Positions 46,367-54,686 of a stretch of DNA of 64,000 bases are shown in pieces. The stretch is from Deltaproteobacteria bacterium (lineage in GTDB: Bacteria; Desulfobacterota; Binatia; Binatales; Binataceae). The position numbers were made by a program, and so were the translations under genes. The DNA lies in the NCBI GenBank assembly GCA_021780755.1, contig JAJXYF010000005.1, positions 105,031 through 169,030 on the forward strand, read 5' to 3'. Below the pieces are notes generated by a model, which saw only the letters and a program-made list of their open reading frames with translations, was not told the DNA's origin and made no database searches. Position 1 is the stretch's first letter. Each line of letters starts with the position of its first letter.

Positions 46367-48346
46367 ATGCGAGTGCATTTCGTGATGGGCGCGCGGAGTA
46401 GATTTGCGGCGAGCTCACGGCGTCGGCCGAGGGGAATCGCATGCGCGGCGTTCGCGTCCGCGATGCTGCTCGCGATAACGCTCGCGACGACTCCATTCGC
46501 CGGTGTGGCGCGCGCGGAGGACGCGGCGGCGATCGCGTCCCGAATCAGCGACGGCGCGTTCGCGATGCTCAACGGCCTGCATGGGCATGACGGGGCCGCG
46601 TCCAATGCGGCGATGGGCGCGGTGGCGATTTTCGCGGGCGACGCCCAGGCGCTCAGCCGCACCCTGGCGGCCGGCGATCGCGACGGCGCGCCGAGTGCGA
46701 TGGCCACGCTCGAATCCGATCGCGGCGCGGTGGATGGCGCGGTGGCGGCGACCCCGGCGCTGTTCAACGCGGCCGACTGGAACCGGATCAAGGCCGAGAT
46801 GACGACGCTGGCGAAGCAGATCGGGCCGGCGAGTCGGGCGCCGCGCGCACGTGCCGCCACGGCAGCATCGACGACGGCAGCCTCATCGGCGGCGCGGCCG
46901 GACACGGCCGCGCCAACTACTACGACGGCCGTATCGATGATGGCGGCGACCAGCGCCGCACCGCCGCGGGTGGTGGTCGAATCGCGCACGGCGGAAGGCG
47001 CGGGGGTCCATCTCAAGGGCTATATCGAGGGGAGCGATCTGAAGCGCGGCGGAATTTACGCGGGTGCGCGTGAAGTGCGCGCGTTCCAGATCAGTCGGGT
47101 CGTGGGAGAGCAGCGAATCAATTTCGATATCGGGGTCGAGCGTCCCGCGCCCGGCGCGACGCTGCGGATCTATGACGGTCACGGGCGGATGGCGCAGGCG
47201 CCGGTCGCCGATGCGACCGTGATGGCCGCGGCGGCGCCGGCGATTGACGCTGGACCGGGCGGATCGGAGCCGTCGGACGCCCCCGCAATACCCCAACTGC
47301 CCCGGTCCGCATCCGCGCCCGCAGCGCCTTCGGTCGAGAGCGGAGTGGAAGTGTTCCGCAGCAACCCGGACGGCGATAGCGGCGGCGTCAACACGGCCGA
47401 GATCCCGAGTCACGGGAAGCCGCTTAAGTCGCCCAGCAAACGCCATACGATGAGCAGTCATCTCGGCAACGTGCAGATCACGATCACGGCGGAGAACTTG
47501 ATCGATCCGGTGTCGTCAACCTACCAGTTGGCCGGTCAGATTCAGGGACACGGACTTTCGCGGGCGGGAATTTACGACGGCCGCCGGCTGGTGAGCCCGA
47601 TCGCGATCGAATTCGGTTCGGACGTGACGAGGTTCGATAAGCAATTCTCGGCGGCCGATGGCGGCGCGATCACGATTCGCGCGTATGGAGTCGGCGACCA
47701 ATACGTCGAGAGTTCGGTCGATTTATCGAATGCCGCGGTGGCGTCGGCGGGCGGCGCGGCCGGAACGTCGATGATGCCGGGCGCGGTGCTGGGCGCGCCG
47801 ATGGGCGGCGCGATCGCGGGCGGCGATTCGGGAATCCTGGTCCAGATCCAGGCGGTGGGGCCGGTCACACGCAACTTGTATATCGTTTCCGGCGTGATTT
47901 CGGGCGCCCATCTGTCGGGTGCCGGCCTTTATCAGAATGGGATGCTGGTGCAGCGAATCGCCGTGAATGGCGGCGGCATCGGCGCCATGATCGGCGCGTT
48001 GATACCGGGCGCGTCGCACAACGTGAATTTCAATGTGCGGTTTAATCCGCAGGCGGGGCCGGCCACGATTCGCGCGTTCGATGCGAGCGGCGGCTATAAC
48101 GAGCAGCCGATCGTGATCGCGGGGACGAGCCCGTACGGCGCCGGCACCAATCCCTTTACGATGAATCCCTACGGCGCGAGCCCCTACGGTTACAATCCGT
48201 ACGGGAATCCCTATGGTTCAGATGGTTCGGGAATGTCGCCCTATCGCACTAATCCATACGCGGGCGGCACGCTCGGCGCGCCCCCGATAAATCCCTACGT
48301 CGCGCCCACCAATCCGTTCGGCTCACCGCCCGCGTCCTCGTGGTGA
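46367..48346 (+). CDS. Hypothetical secreted protein: signal peptide, Ala-rich region, three internal ~110-aa repeats, NPYG-rich tail
   Basis: The ATG at 46367 gives MRVHFVMGARSRF...AMLLAITLATTPFAGVARA. Internal repeats are anchored by GYIEGSDLKRGGIYAGAREV, GQIQGHGLSRAGIYDGRRLV and GVISGAHLSGAGLYQNGMLV, each ending with (T)(I/L)R(I/A)(Y/F)D/G. The C-terminus is SPYGAGTNPFTMNPYGASPYGYNPYGNPYG... Confidence 0.6.
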   Translation: MRVHFVMGARSRFAASSRRRPRGIACAAFASAMLLAITLATTPFAGVARAEDAAAIASRISDGAFAMLNGLHGHDGAASNAAMGAVAIFAGDAQALSRTLAAGDRDGAPSAMATLESDRGAVDGAVAATPALFNAADWNRIKAEMTTLAKQIGPASRAPRARAATAASTTAASSAARPDTAAPTTTTAVSMMAATSAAPPRVVVESRTAEGAGVHLKGYIEGSDLKRGGIYAGAREVRAFQISRVVGEQRINFDIGVERPAPGATLRIYDGHGRMAQAPVADATVMAAAAPAIDAGPGGSEPSDAPAIPQLPRSASAPAAPSVESGVEVFRSNPDGDSGGVNTAEIPSHGKPLKSPSKRHTMSSHLGNVQITITAENLIDPVSSTYQLAGQIQGHGLSRAGIYDGRRLVSPIAIEFGSDVTRFDKQFSAADGGAITIRAYGVGDQYVESSVDLSNAAVASAGGAAGTSMMPGAVLGAPMGGAIAGGDSGILVQIQAVGPVTRNLYIVSGVISGAHLSGAGLYQNGMLVQRIAVNGGGIGAMIGALIPGASHNVNFNVRFNPQAGPATIRAFDASGGYNEQPIVIAGTSPYGAGTNPFTMNPYGASPYGYNPYGNPYGSDGSGMSPYRTNPYAGGTLGAPPINPYVAPTNPFGSPPASSW

Positions 48347-48361
48347 GGGGCCGCGCGGGCT

Positions 48362-48563
48362 CCGTCATCATGATCGGCGTTCGCGACGCTCCGATAGCTG
48401 GTAGAGTCCTTCGCGAACGCGGGAGCGAGCAATCTAAAAAGGGAGAGGCAAGCTACCGCGAGAACCGCGAAGGTCTTCGCCTGCCCACTCCTCTCTTAGT
48501 CAAAAGGGAAGCCTGAAACCTCAATGAGGTTTCAGAAAGATATTCAGTCCGGATTCCTCAACA
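48362..48563 (+). repeat. TGAAACC-hairpin repeat family, copy h (about 200-bp long form)
   Basis: It aligns by eye over its full length with the reverse complement of 50623..50857. Identical blocks are CATGATCGG, AATCTAAAAAGGG, GAGGCAA, GAACCGCGAAGGTCTTCGC and CAAAAGGGAAG. The hairpin CTGAAACCTC-AAT-GAGGTTTCAG (48513-48535) is followed by ...TTCCTCAAC. Confidence 0.85.
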
Positions 48564-48684
48564 GATGTCCCCTGTATTCCGCTATCCCCACGTATTCCGC
48601 GCGGGGGCGCTAGGTGGCTTTCAAGATCTGAAGGCATAGGTTACACTTTAGTGTTTACGTTATTACGATGAGAGTGAATGGAAG

Positions 48685-49248
48685 ATGCTGATTCAGGCGA
48701 CGCAGCTACGGCCCGGAATGATCCTCGAATACAACGGCGGCCTCTGGCGCGTGATGACGATCAACCACATCACGCCGGGCAACTGGCGCGGCATGGTGCA
48801 GACCAAGCTGCGCAATATCAAGACCGGATCGCAGACCGAAAACCGCTTCCGCTCCGAAGATCGCGTCGAGCGCGTGATTCTTGACCAGATGGAGATGGAG
48901 TTCCTCTACCAGGAGGGCGACGATTTCCATTTCATGAACACGCAGACCTACGACCAGATCACGCTGCCGAAAGATTTGATCGCGGATGTCGCCGGCTACC
49001 TGACGCCGAACCTGAAGGTCGAAGTCGAGTACCACGAATCCACGCCGCTCAACGTGACGCTGCCCAAGACGGTCTCGATGAAGGTGGTGCAGACCGACCC
49101 GGGAATCCGGACGGCGGCGGTGACGAATACGCTGAAGCCGGCGACGCTCGAGACCGGGCTGGTGATCCAGGTGCCGCATTTCGTGGTGGAGGGCGACGTG
49201 ATCACGATCAATACGGAGAACAACGAGTACCTCTCGCGCACCAAGTGA
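48685..49248 (+). CDS. efp: Elongation factor P
   Basis: MLIQATQLRPGMILEYNGGLWRVMTINHITPGNWRGMVQTKLRNIKTGS... is canonical EF-P; 187 aa. Confidence 0.95.
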   Translation: MLIQATQLRPGMILEYNGGLWRVMTINHITPGNWRGMVQTKLRNIKTGSQTENRFRSEDRVERVILDQMEMEFLYQEGDDFHFMNTQTYDQITLPKDLIADVAGYLTPNLKVEVEYHESTPLNVTLPKTVSMKVVQTDPGIRTAAVTNTLKPATLETGLVIQVPHFVVEGDVITINTENNEYLSRTK

Positions 49249-49336
49249 GGGGTTTCGTCAATGCCCGCACGTCGCGTTCGATTTCGATCGCTTCGATCGC
49301 GGTGAACATGCCGCGCGTATCGGCGGCGGATCGCGG

Positions 49337-50614
49337 GTGCGTGCGATGACCCGCGACGCGCCGCATTCGCCGCAACCGCAGCGTTCACCACGTCCACCAC
49401 GCCCAGGACGACCGCCGATGCGGCCGCGCCGGGCAAATCCGGAGCCGCCGAAGCCGTTCAAATTCGGCCCGCATATCTATCTCGCACAGACCCAGCCCGG
49501 CTTCGAGCCGATCGCGTGGAACGAAATCGCGGCGCGCTACGGCCGCGGCAATACCGCTGAACTCGGGCGGCGGCTGGTGCCGGACCGCGTTGGCATGACG
49601 ATTTTCACGGCGCCGGGTATCGCCGGATTGAAGCAGGTGCGCACGGCCGAGGATTTTTTCGCGGTGGTCGCGTACCGGCGTTTTCCGGTGGCGCCGCCCG
49701 ATCCGGCCAAACGCTACGTGCCGAAGACTCCGGCGGAACATGACGAGGACGAGCGGCTGGGGCGCAAGACGCTCGAGCGCGTGCGCTCCGCGAGCCGCGA
49801 CGCCCGGTTTATCGAGGAGGCGCTCGCGGCGCACGTGAGCCTGGTGCCGGGCAGCCGCGCCGGGCGGCGGCTGTACTACCGCGTGGTCGCGCGGATGGCC
49901 GGGGAACATCCGTTTCGCCGCGTCGATTTGCAGCACGCGGTCGAACGCGGAATCGGCGAGCGCGACGACCACGTGTGGCATCCGGGCGGCGAGGACGCCG
50001 ACGTCGAATTCTGGGTGACGATGTTTCCGGGCGAGCTGTTGCTGACGATGCGCCTCAGCGACGAGCGCCTGCGCCATCGCGAGTACAAAGTGGCCCATCT
50101 GCCGGGCTCGCTCAGGCCGTCGGTGGCCGCGGCCCTCGGATGGCTCTCGGAGCCGGCGGACGACGATATCGTGCTCGATCCGATGTGCGGGGCGGGCACC
50201 GTGCTGATCGAGCGGGCGCACCTCGGGCGCTATGCGAAATTGATCGGCGGCGACAGTAATCCGGCGATGCTCGAGGCGGCGCGCGAGAACGTCGGCCCGC
50301 GCTACAAGCCGATCGAACTCAATTCGTGGGACGCCACCAAAATCGCGCTGGGCGACGCCAGCGTGACCAAAGTGATCACCAACCTGCCGTGGGGAATGCG
50401 CCACGGATCGCATGCGGAGAATCGGCGCCTGTATCCGTATCTGATCGAGGAATTCCGGCGCGTGATGAAGCCCGGCGGCCTGATCGTGATGTTGACGGCG
50501 GAGACGCGGCTGATGGCCGATCTGATGTCGCGCGGCGTGTTCCGCCCGCACAAGATTTTGCGCGTGTCGATTCTGGGAGCGCCGGCCGCGATTTACGTGA
50601 TGCGGGTGGGTTGA
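49337..50614 (+). CDS. THUMP-like / UPF0020 class I SAM-dependent methyltransferase (RNA m2G or N6-adenine type) with a Pro/Arg-rich N-terminal extension
   Basis: Motif I VLDPMCGAGTVLIE and catalytic ITNLPWG (NPPY-like). The start is uncertain within the low-complexity N-terminus. Confidence 0.7.
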   Translation: MRAMTRDAPHSPQPQRSPRPPRPGRPPMRPRRANPEPPKPFKFGPHIYLAQTQPGFEPIAWNEIAARYGRGNTAELGRRLVPDRVGMTIFTAPGIAGLKQVRTAEDFFAVVAYRRFPVAPPDPAKRYVPKTPAEHDEDERLGRKTLERVRSASRDARFIEEALAAHVSLVPGSRAGRRLYYRVVARMAGEHPFRRVDLQHAVERGIGERDDHVWHPGGEDADVEFWVTMFPGELLLTMRLSDERLRHREYKVAHLPGSLRPSVAAALGWLSEPADDDIVLDPMCGAGTVLIERAHLGRYAKLIGGDSNPAMLEAARENVGPRYKPIELNSWDATKIALGDASVTKVITNLPWGMRHGSHAENRRLYPYLIEEFRRVMKPGGLIVMLTAETRLMADLMSRGVFRPHKILRVSILGAPAAIYVMRVG

Positions 50615-50622
50615 GGGGAGTT

Positions 50623-50857
50623 GTTGAGGATCTCAAAAACTTATAGCTTCCTGAAACCTCACTCAGGTTTCAGACTTCCCTTTTGTAAAGCACGGATATA
50701 TTAGCTCGCTTTTTCGATTATCGCAGGTACTGGCACGCGAAGACCTTCGCGGTTCCCGAAGCCAGTTTGCCTCCCCCTTTTTAGATTACTGGCGCCCCTC
50801 GTTGCTCAGGACTTTGCTGCCTGGCGGAGCATCGCGAGCACCGATCATGTTGACGTT
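50623..50857 (-). repeat. TGAAACC-hairpin repeat family, copy i (about 235-bp long form, inverted relative to copy h)
   Basis: The plus strand reads GTTGAGGATCTCAAAAACTTATAGCTTCCTGAAACCTCACTCAGGTTTCAGACTTCCCTTTTG..., followed by the reverse complement of the h upstream modules. It starts 9 nt after the methyltransferase stop. Confidence 0.85.
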
Positions 50858-50919
50858 TTTACCTGGCGAAGCCCCGCGTCCCTGCCGGGAATCGAGCAAC
50901 GCGAGCGTAGCGCACCGTC

Positions 50920-50977
50920 GGCATGGAATGCCGTGAAACCTGAGTGAGGTTTCAGGAAACTAAAAGTTTTGTGTTCC
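50920..50977 (+). repeat. TGAAACC-hairpin repeat family, copy j (short form, GGCATG..ATGCC left-arm variant)
   Basis: GGCATGGAATGCC-GTGAAACCTGAGTGAGGTTTCAGGAAACTAAAAGTTTTGTGTTCC. Confidence 0.8.
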
Positions 50978-51025
50978 TTCGCCGCCGCATTACTGGCGGA
51001 GCCGCGCGCCCTCTGGTGCGCGCGG

Positions 51026-51802
51026 TCAGGCGCGCTCGATTACAAAAGTCATGCTCGTGCGGATCGTCCGGATGGTATCGCGGTCGCGGATCGCGCGCAG
51101 GCCGGCGAGGTCACCGTCAAGCGAGGATTCCATCAGAGCGCGGATACGGGCGGCGGCCTCGGGTGGGGTGTGATTGAACCCGATCCATTCGTCGAGCGTG
51201 GTGCGTGCGTCGCGCCCTATTTTCATCAGGGTGCGAAAGCCGTGCGCGGCGAACATCGTCTCGAATTCGGAGGCGGCGAGGGTGCGCGCGTGAGTAGGAT
51301 CGGCCAGCCGTTCGAGTTCGTTATGGAGCGCGGCCTTGGCGGGGTCTTCGGCGGCGGTCATGTCGGCGATGATCATCCATCCGTTCGCGGCGACCACCCG
51401 ACTCATCTCGGCGAACACACGGGCAGGATTGACGAAGTGATGAAAGGAGAAGCGGCAGGCCGCGCCGGTGAAGGCGTCGTCGTTGAACGGCATCCGCTCG
51501 AGTTCGCCGAGGGTGAACTCCACGTTGGCGAGGCCGCGGTCGCTGGCGTGGCTGCGCGCGCGGACGAGAGCCGGCCCCATGATATCGAGACCGACGGCGC
51601 TGCCTGAACGGTCGGCGAACGCGCAGGTGAGCGCCCCGGTACCGCAGGCGACGTCGAGCACGCGGTCGTCGCGCGCAGGGCCGGCCGTCGAGACCAGGTG
51701 CGCGATGAACTTGAGTTCGCCGGCGCCGGGATTGCCGTCATAGGCCTGCGGGCGCCGGCGGAACTGGCGATTCAGGGTGGCGAGGCGTTGCAAATCATTC
51801 AT
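51026..51802 (-). CDS. Class I SAM-dependent methyltransferase (Methyltransf_11-like)
   Basis: Motif I VLDVACGTGALTCAFA. The ATG at 51802 (MNDLQRLATLN...) is preferred. The track start at 51832 is a TTG inside repeat copy k. Confidence 0.8.
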   Translation of the reverse strand: MNDLQRLATLNRQFRRRPQAYDGNPGAGELKFIAHLVSTAGPARDDRVLDVACGTGALTCAFADRSGSAVGLDIMGPALVRARSHASDRGLANVEFTLGELERMPFNDDAFTGAACRFSFHHFVNPARVFAEMSRVVAANGWMIIADMTAAEDPAKAALHNELERLADPTHARTLAASEFETMFAAHGFRTLMKIGRDARTTLDEWIGFNHTPPEAAARIRALMESSLDGDLAGLRAIRDRDTIRTIRTSMTFVIERA

Positions 51803-51818
51803 TGGTATAGGATGCGAG

Positions 51819-51879
51819 GTTGAGGAACTCAAAATTGTTATTTAATGAAACCCTACAAGGTTTCAGGCATTTTCATGCC
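51819..51879 (-). repeat. TGAAACC-hairpin repeat family, copy k (short form, same left-arm variant as j, inverted)
   Basis: The plus strand reads GTTGAGGAACTCAAAATTGTTATTTAATGAAACCCTACAAGGTTTCAGGCATTTTCATGCC. The reverse complement aligns with copy j. Confidence 0.8.
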
Positions 51880-51923
51880 GCCGATGCGCTATGCTCGCGT
51901 TGCTCCGCCGGAGGCGGTCGAGG

Positions 51924-52184
51924 TCATGAGGCATGCTTTGCCCGCTCGAGCAGAAACAGCGTAATTGCGACTGAGGCGCTGGCGCTGACCGCGCCGACGA
52001 CCTGCAGATAAAGCACGTAATGCGGCGAGCCGACCAGGCGGGTGACGAAGGCGTAACGGACCCTGGAGGCCTCGCTTTTGCGGATGGCGAGCGCTTGCAG
52101 CCACTCGGGCCACATCAGGCATAGCGTTCCGATGATCGCGTAGATGAGCGCGATGGCGGCGAGGATTAGGGTATTTCCGACCAT
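51924..52184 (-). CDS. Hypothetical small membrane protein (86 aa)
   Basis: Three hydrophobic segments (LILAAIALIYAIIGTLCLMW, LVGSPHYVLYLQVVGAV, SVAITLFLL). No recognised family; the coding call is tentative. Confidence 0.4.
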   Translation of the reverse strand: MVGNTLILAAIALIYAIIGTLCLMWPEWLQALAIRKSEASRVRYAFVTRLVGSPHYVLYLQVVGAVSASASVAITLFLLERAKHAS

Positions 52185-52297
52185 CGGGCAGTGTCGCGTG
52201 CCGCTTGTTCGAGAGCGAGCGCGGTAGCGTAGGTGCGCTCGGAAATTGAGACCTTAGCGCCGGGGTCAGTTGCACCGTGGCGCTATAATTAGACCGA

Positions 52298-52687
52298 TTA
52301 GCCCAAGGCGCGCAAGGTAAGGTCGCGGGCCTGCGAGCGATAGGGCTCGGGCAGGACGACCTCGCGTCCATCGGTCCAATTATTTTCGAGGCGATAGAAC
52401 TCGCGGACCGGCTCGAAAAAAATGTGAACGACGACGTCGACGTAATCGAGCACGATCCAATGGCCGTGGTTGAAGCCCTCGATGGCGATGGGGCGTTCGT
52501 CCTCGCGATCCATCCGCTCGCCGATGCCGCGGGCGATCGCCTGCACCTGCACGTCGGAGCGGCCGGTGGCGATGAGGAAATAATCGGCGATCGAATGGAG
52601 GTGATCGACCTCGAGGACGACCAGGTCGTAGGCCTTTTTTTCGAGCGCGGCCTCGGCGGCGGCGAGCGCTTTTTTCAGCGAATCCAT
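52298..52687 (-). CDS. rsfS: Ribosome silencing factor RsfS
   Basis: KKAYDLVVLEVDHLHSIADYFLIATGRSDVQVQAIA ... WIVLDYVDVVVHIF is canonical RsfS/IojAP. Confidence 0.9.
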   Translation of the reverse strand: MDSLKKALAAAEAALEKKAYDLVVLEVDHLHSIADYFLIATGRSDVQVQAIARGIGERMDREDERPIAIEGFNHGHWIVLDYVDVVVHIFFEPVREFYRLENNWTDGREVVLPEPYRSQARDLTLRALG

Positions 52688-52747
52688 CAGCGGACGAGCG
52701 GCCTCAGAGCGTCGGCGGCGCGTCCGCGTGTCGGCATTCGGCGGGAA

Positions 52748-53395
52748 TCAGAGCGACGTGTATAGGGCATGCCGTTGGATATAGTCGGCGACATCATCGG
52801 GAACGAGATAACGGACAGATTCACGCGCGGCGATTTTGCGCCGGATGAGGGTGGCGGAAATCGGGAGAAAAGTGGTGCCGATAAAGGACAGCGTATGGCC
52901 GCTTGAATGCACGTAATAATCTTGATCCCGAGTGTAGCCAAAGTGCGCGATCGTCGCAAGGTAATTCGTGGGGGTCGAATCGGGGTCGGTGGGGGGCCGG
53001 GCGTGGACCGCGAGATTGGACAGGCGGACCAGTTCCTCGGCCTCCTTCCAGGTGGCGAGTTCGGCGAACTGGTCCGCGCCCATGATGAGATGGAGGTCGG
53101 GCTGTCCGCGCATTGTTGATAGAAAGTAGCGAATTGTATCGATCGTGTAGGATTGGCCGGAGCGGCGGACCTCGGCCTCGGAGACCATGAAGTAGCGATT
53201 GCCGCGAGTGGCCGCCCGGACCATCGCGAGTCGATGTTCGGCGGGGGCGAGGCCGCCGGACGGCTTGTGCGGCGGCGCGGCGGCGGGAATGAAATAGACC
53301 AGGTCGAGTTCGAGCGCCTCCCGGTCCTCCTCGGCGGCGCGCAGATGGCCGAGATGGATCGGATTGAAGCTGCCGCCGAACAGCCCTACGCGCAT
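52748..53395 (-). CDS. nadD: Nicotinate-nucleotide adenylyltransferase NadD
   Basis: GLFGGSFNPIHLGHL (HxGH motif) and ISATLIRR (ISSTxxR motif). Confidence 0.9.
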   Translation of the reverse strand: MRVGLFGGSFNPIHLGHLRAAEEDREALELDLVYFIPAAAPPHKPSGGLAPAEHRLAMVRAATRGNRYFMVSEAEVRRSGQSYTIDTIRYFLSTMRGQPDLHLIMGADQFAELATWKEAEELVRLSNLAVHARPPTDPDSTPTNYLATIAHFGYTRDQDYYVHSSGHTLSFIGTTFLPISATLIRRKIAARESVRYLVPDDVADYIQRHALYTSL

Positions 53396-53432
53396 CGCGG
53401 TAATGCTCCCGCGGTATGTGATTCAGCCCGCG

Positions 53433-54686
53433 TCATTTTCGGATTTGGCCGCTGCCGAGGACGACGTACTTGTAAGTGGTCAATTCCTTGAGGCCCATCG
53501 GGCCGCGCGCGTGCAGGCGATTGGTCGAGATGCCGGTTTCGGCGCCAAAGCCAAACTCGAAGCCGTCGGTGAAGCGAGTGGACGCATTGACATAAACGGT
53601 CGCGGAATCTACCTCGCGCTCGAAGCGGGCGGCGACGGCGGCGTCCTGAGTGACGATCGCGTCGGCGAGGCCCGAGCCGTGGCGCGCGATGAACTCGATG
53701 GCCTCCTCCACCGAATCGACGACCTTGATCGCGAGGATGAGGTCGAGGTACTCGGTGTCCCAATCGGCGTCGGCGGCGGGGCGGGCGTCGGGAATAAGGG
53801 CGCGCGCACGATCGTCGGCGCGCATCTGGACCCCGGCGGCGCGCAGGCGGTCGGCGATTCGCGGGAGGAATTTCGCGGCAACGTCGGCATGCACCAGCAT
53901 CGTCTCCATCGCATTGCAGACCGACGGGCGGCTGCATTTGGCGTTGAAGCAGATTTCCTCGGCCATCAGGAGATCGGCGCCGCGATCAACGTAGGTGTGA
54001 CAGATGCCATCGAAGTGCGGGAGGATCGGCACGGCGGAACCAGCGAGCGCGTCTTTCAACGCGTTGCCGCCGCGCGGGATGATGAGGTCGATGGCCTCGG
54101 GATGGCGCTTGAGAATTTGAATCGCCTCGCGATCGGGATTGTCGATGAACATGACGGCATTCGGATCGAGATCGCATTTCCTCAGCGAGTCGGAGATCAG
54201 TTGGGCGAGCCGCGCGTTGGTGGCGAGGGCTTCGCGACCGCCGCGCAGGACGACCGCGTTACCGGCCTTGAAGCCGAGCACGGCCGCATCGACGGTGACG
54301 TTGGGGCGCGATTCGTAGATGATCGCGACCACGCCGAGCGGCACGCGGACTTGCCGGATGTCGAGACCGTTGGGGCGCCGCCAGCGCGCGATGGTCTCGC
54401 CGACCGGGTCGGGCAGCGCGGCGACCTCTTCGACCCCGCGGGCGATTGCGGCGATGCGGTCGGGCGTGAGCGTCAGGCGTTCGACGAAGGCGGGCGCGTC
54501 GCCGTCAGCGCGTGCGCGATCGAGGTCGTCGCGATTGACGGCGAGGATGCGATCGGTCGAAGCGCGCAGGGCAGCGGCGAGGGCGGCGAGCGCGCGATTT
54601 TTGCGGTCGGTGCCTGCCAACGCTAGCCGGCGGGCGGCGACGCGGGCCTGCGCGAGGCCGGCAAGAATATCGGCTTCGAGACTCAT
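53433..54686 (-). CDS. proA: Glutamate-5-semialdehyde dehydrogenase ProA
   Basis: GVVAIIYESRPNVTVDAA ... CNAMETMLVH ... STRFTDGFEFGFGAE are classic ProA motifs. Confidence 0.95.
   Translation of the reverse strand: MSLEADILAGLAQARVAARRLALAGTDRKNRALAALAAALRASTDRILAVNRDDLDRARADGDAPAFVERLTLTPDRIAAIARGVEEVAALPDPVGETIARWRRPNGLDIRQVRVPLGVVAIIYESRPNVTVDAAVLGFKAGNAVVLRGGREALATNARLAQLISDSLRKCDLDPNAVMFIDNPDREAIQILKRHPEAIDLIIPRGGNALKDALAGSAVPILPHFDGICHTYVDRGADLLMAEEICFNAKCSRPSVCNAMETMLVHADVAAKFLPRIADRLRAAGVQMRADDRARALIPDARPAADADWDTEYLDLILAIKVVDSVEEAIEFIARHGSGLADAIVTQDAAVAARFEREVDSATVYVNASTRFTDGFEFGFGAETGISTNRLHARGPMGLKELTTYKYVVLGSGQIRK

Noticed and set aside
48369-48527. A 52-codon ORF inside repeat copy h (MIGVRDAPIAGRVLRERGSEQSKKGEASYRENREGLRLPTPLLVKREA).
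   Set aside because: The homologous frame in copy i has a TAA at codon 21 and a frameshift after SKKGEA. I do not call it a gene. The codon-aligned first 21 codons are noted in the h/i finding as something to test.
50623-50657. CRISPR-like appearance of the repeat right arm read on the opposite strand (GTTGAGGATCTCAAAAACTTATAGCTTCCTGAAAC: about 35 nt, starting GTT and ending GAAAC).
   Set aside because: Copies are dispersed, not tandem. There are no regularly sized spacers, copies occur in both orientations, and no cas genes are present. The GAAAC is simply one half of the palindromic stem.
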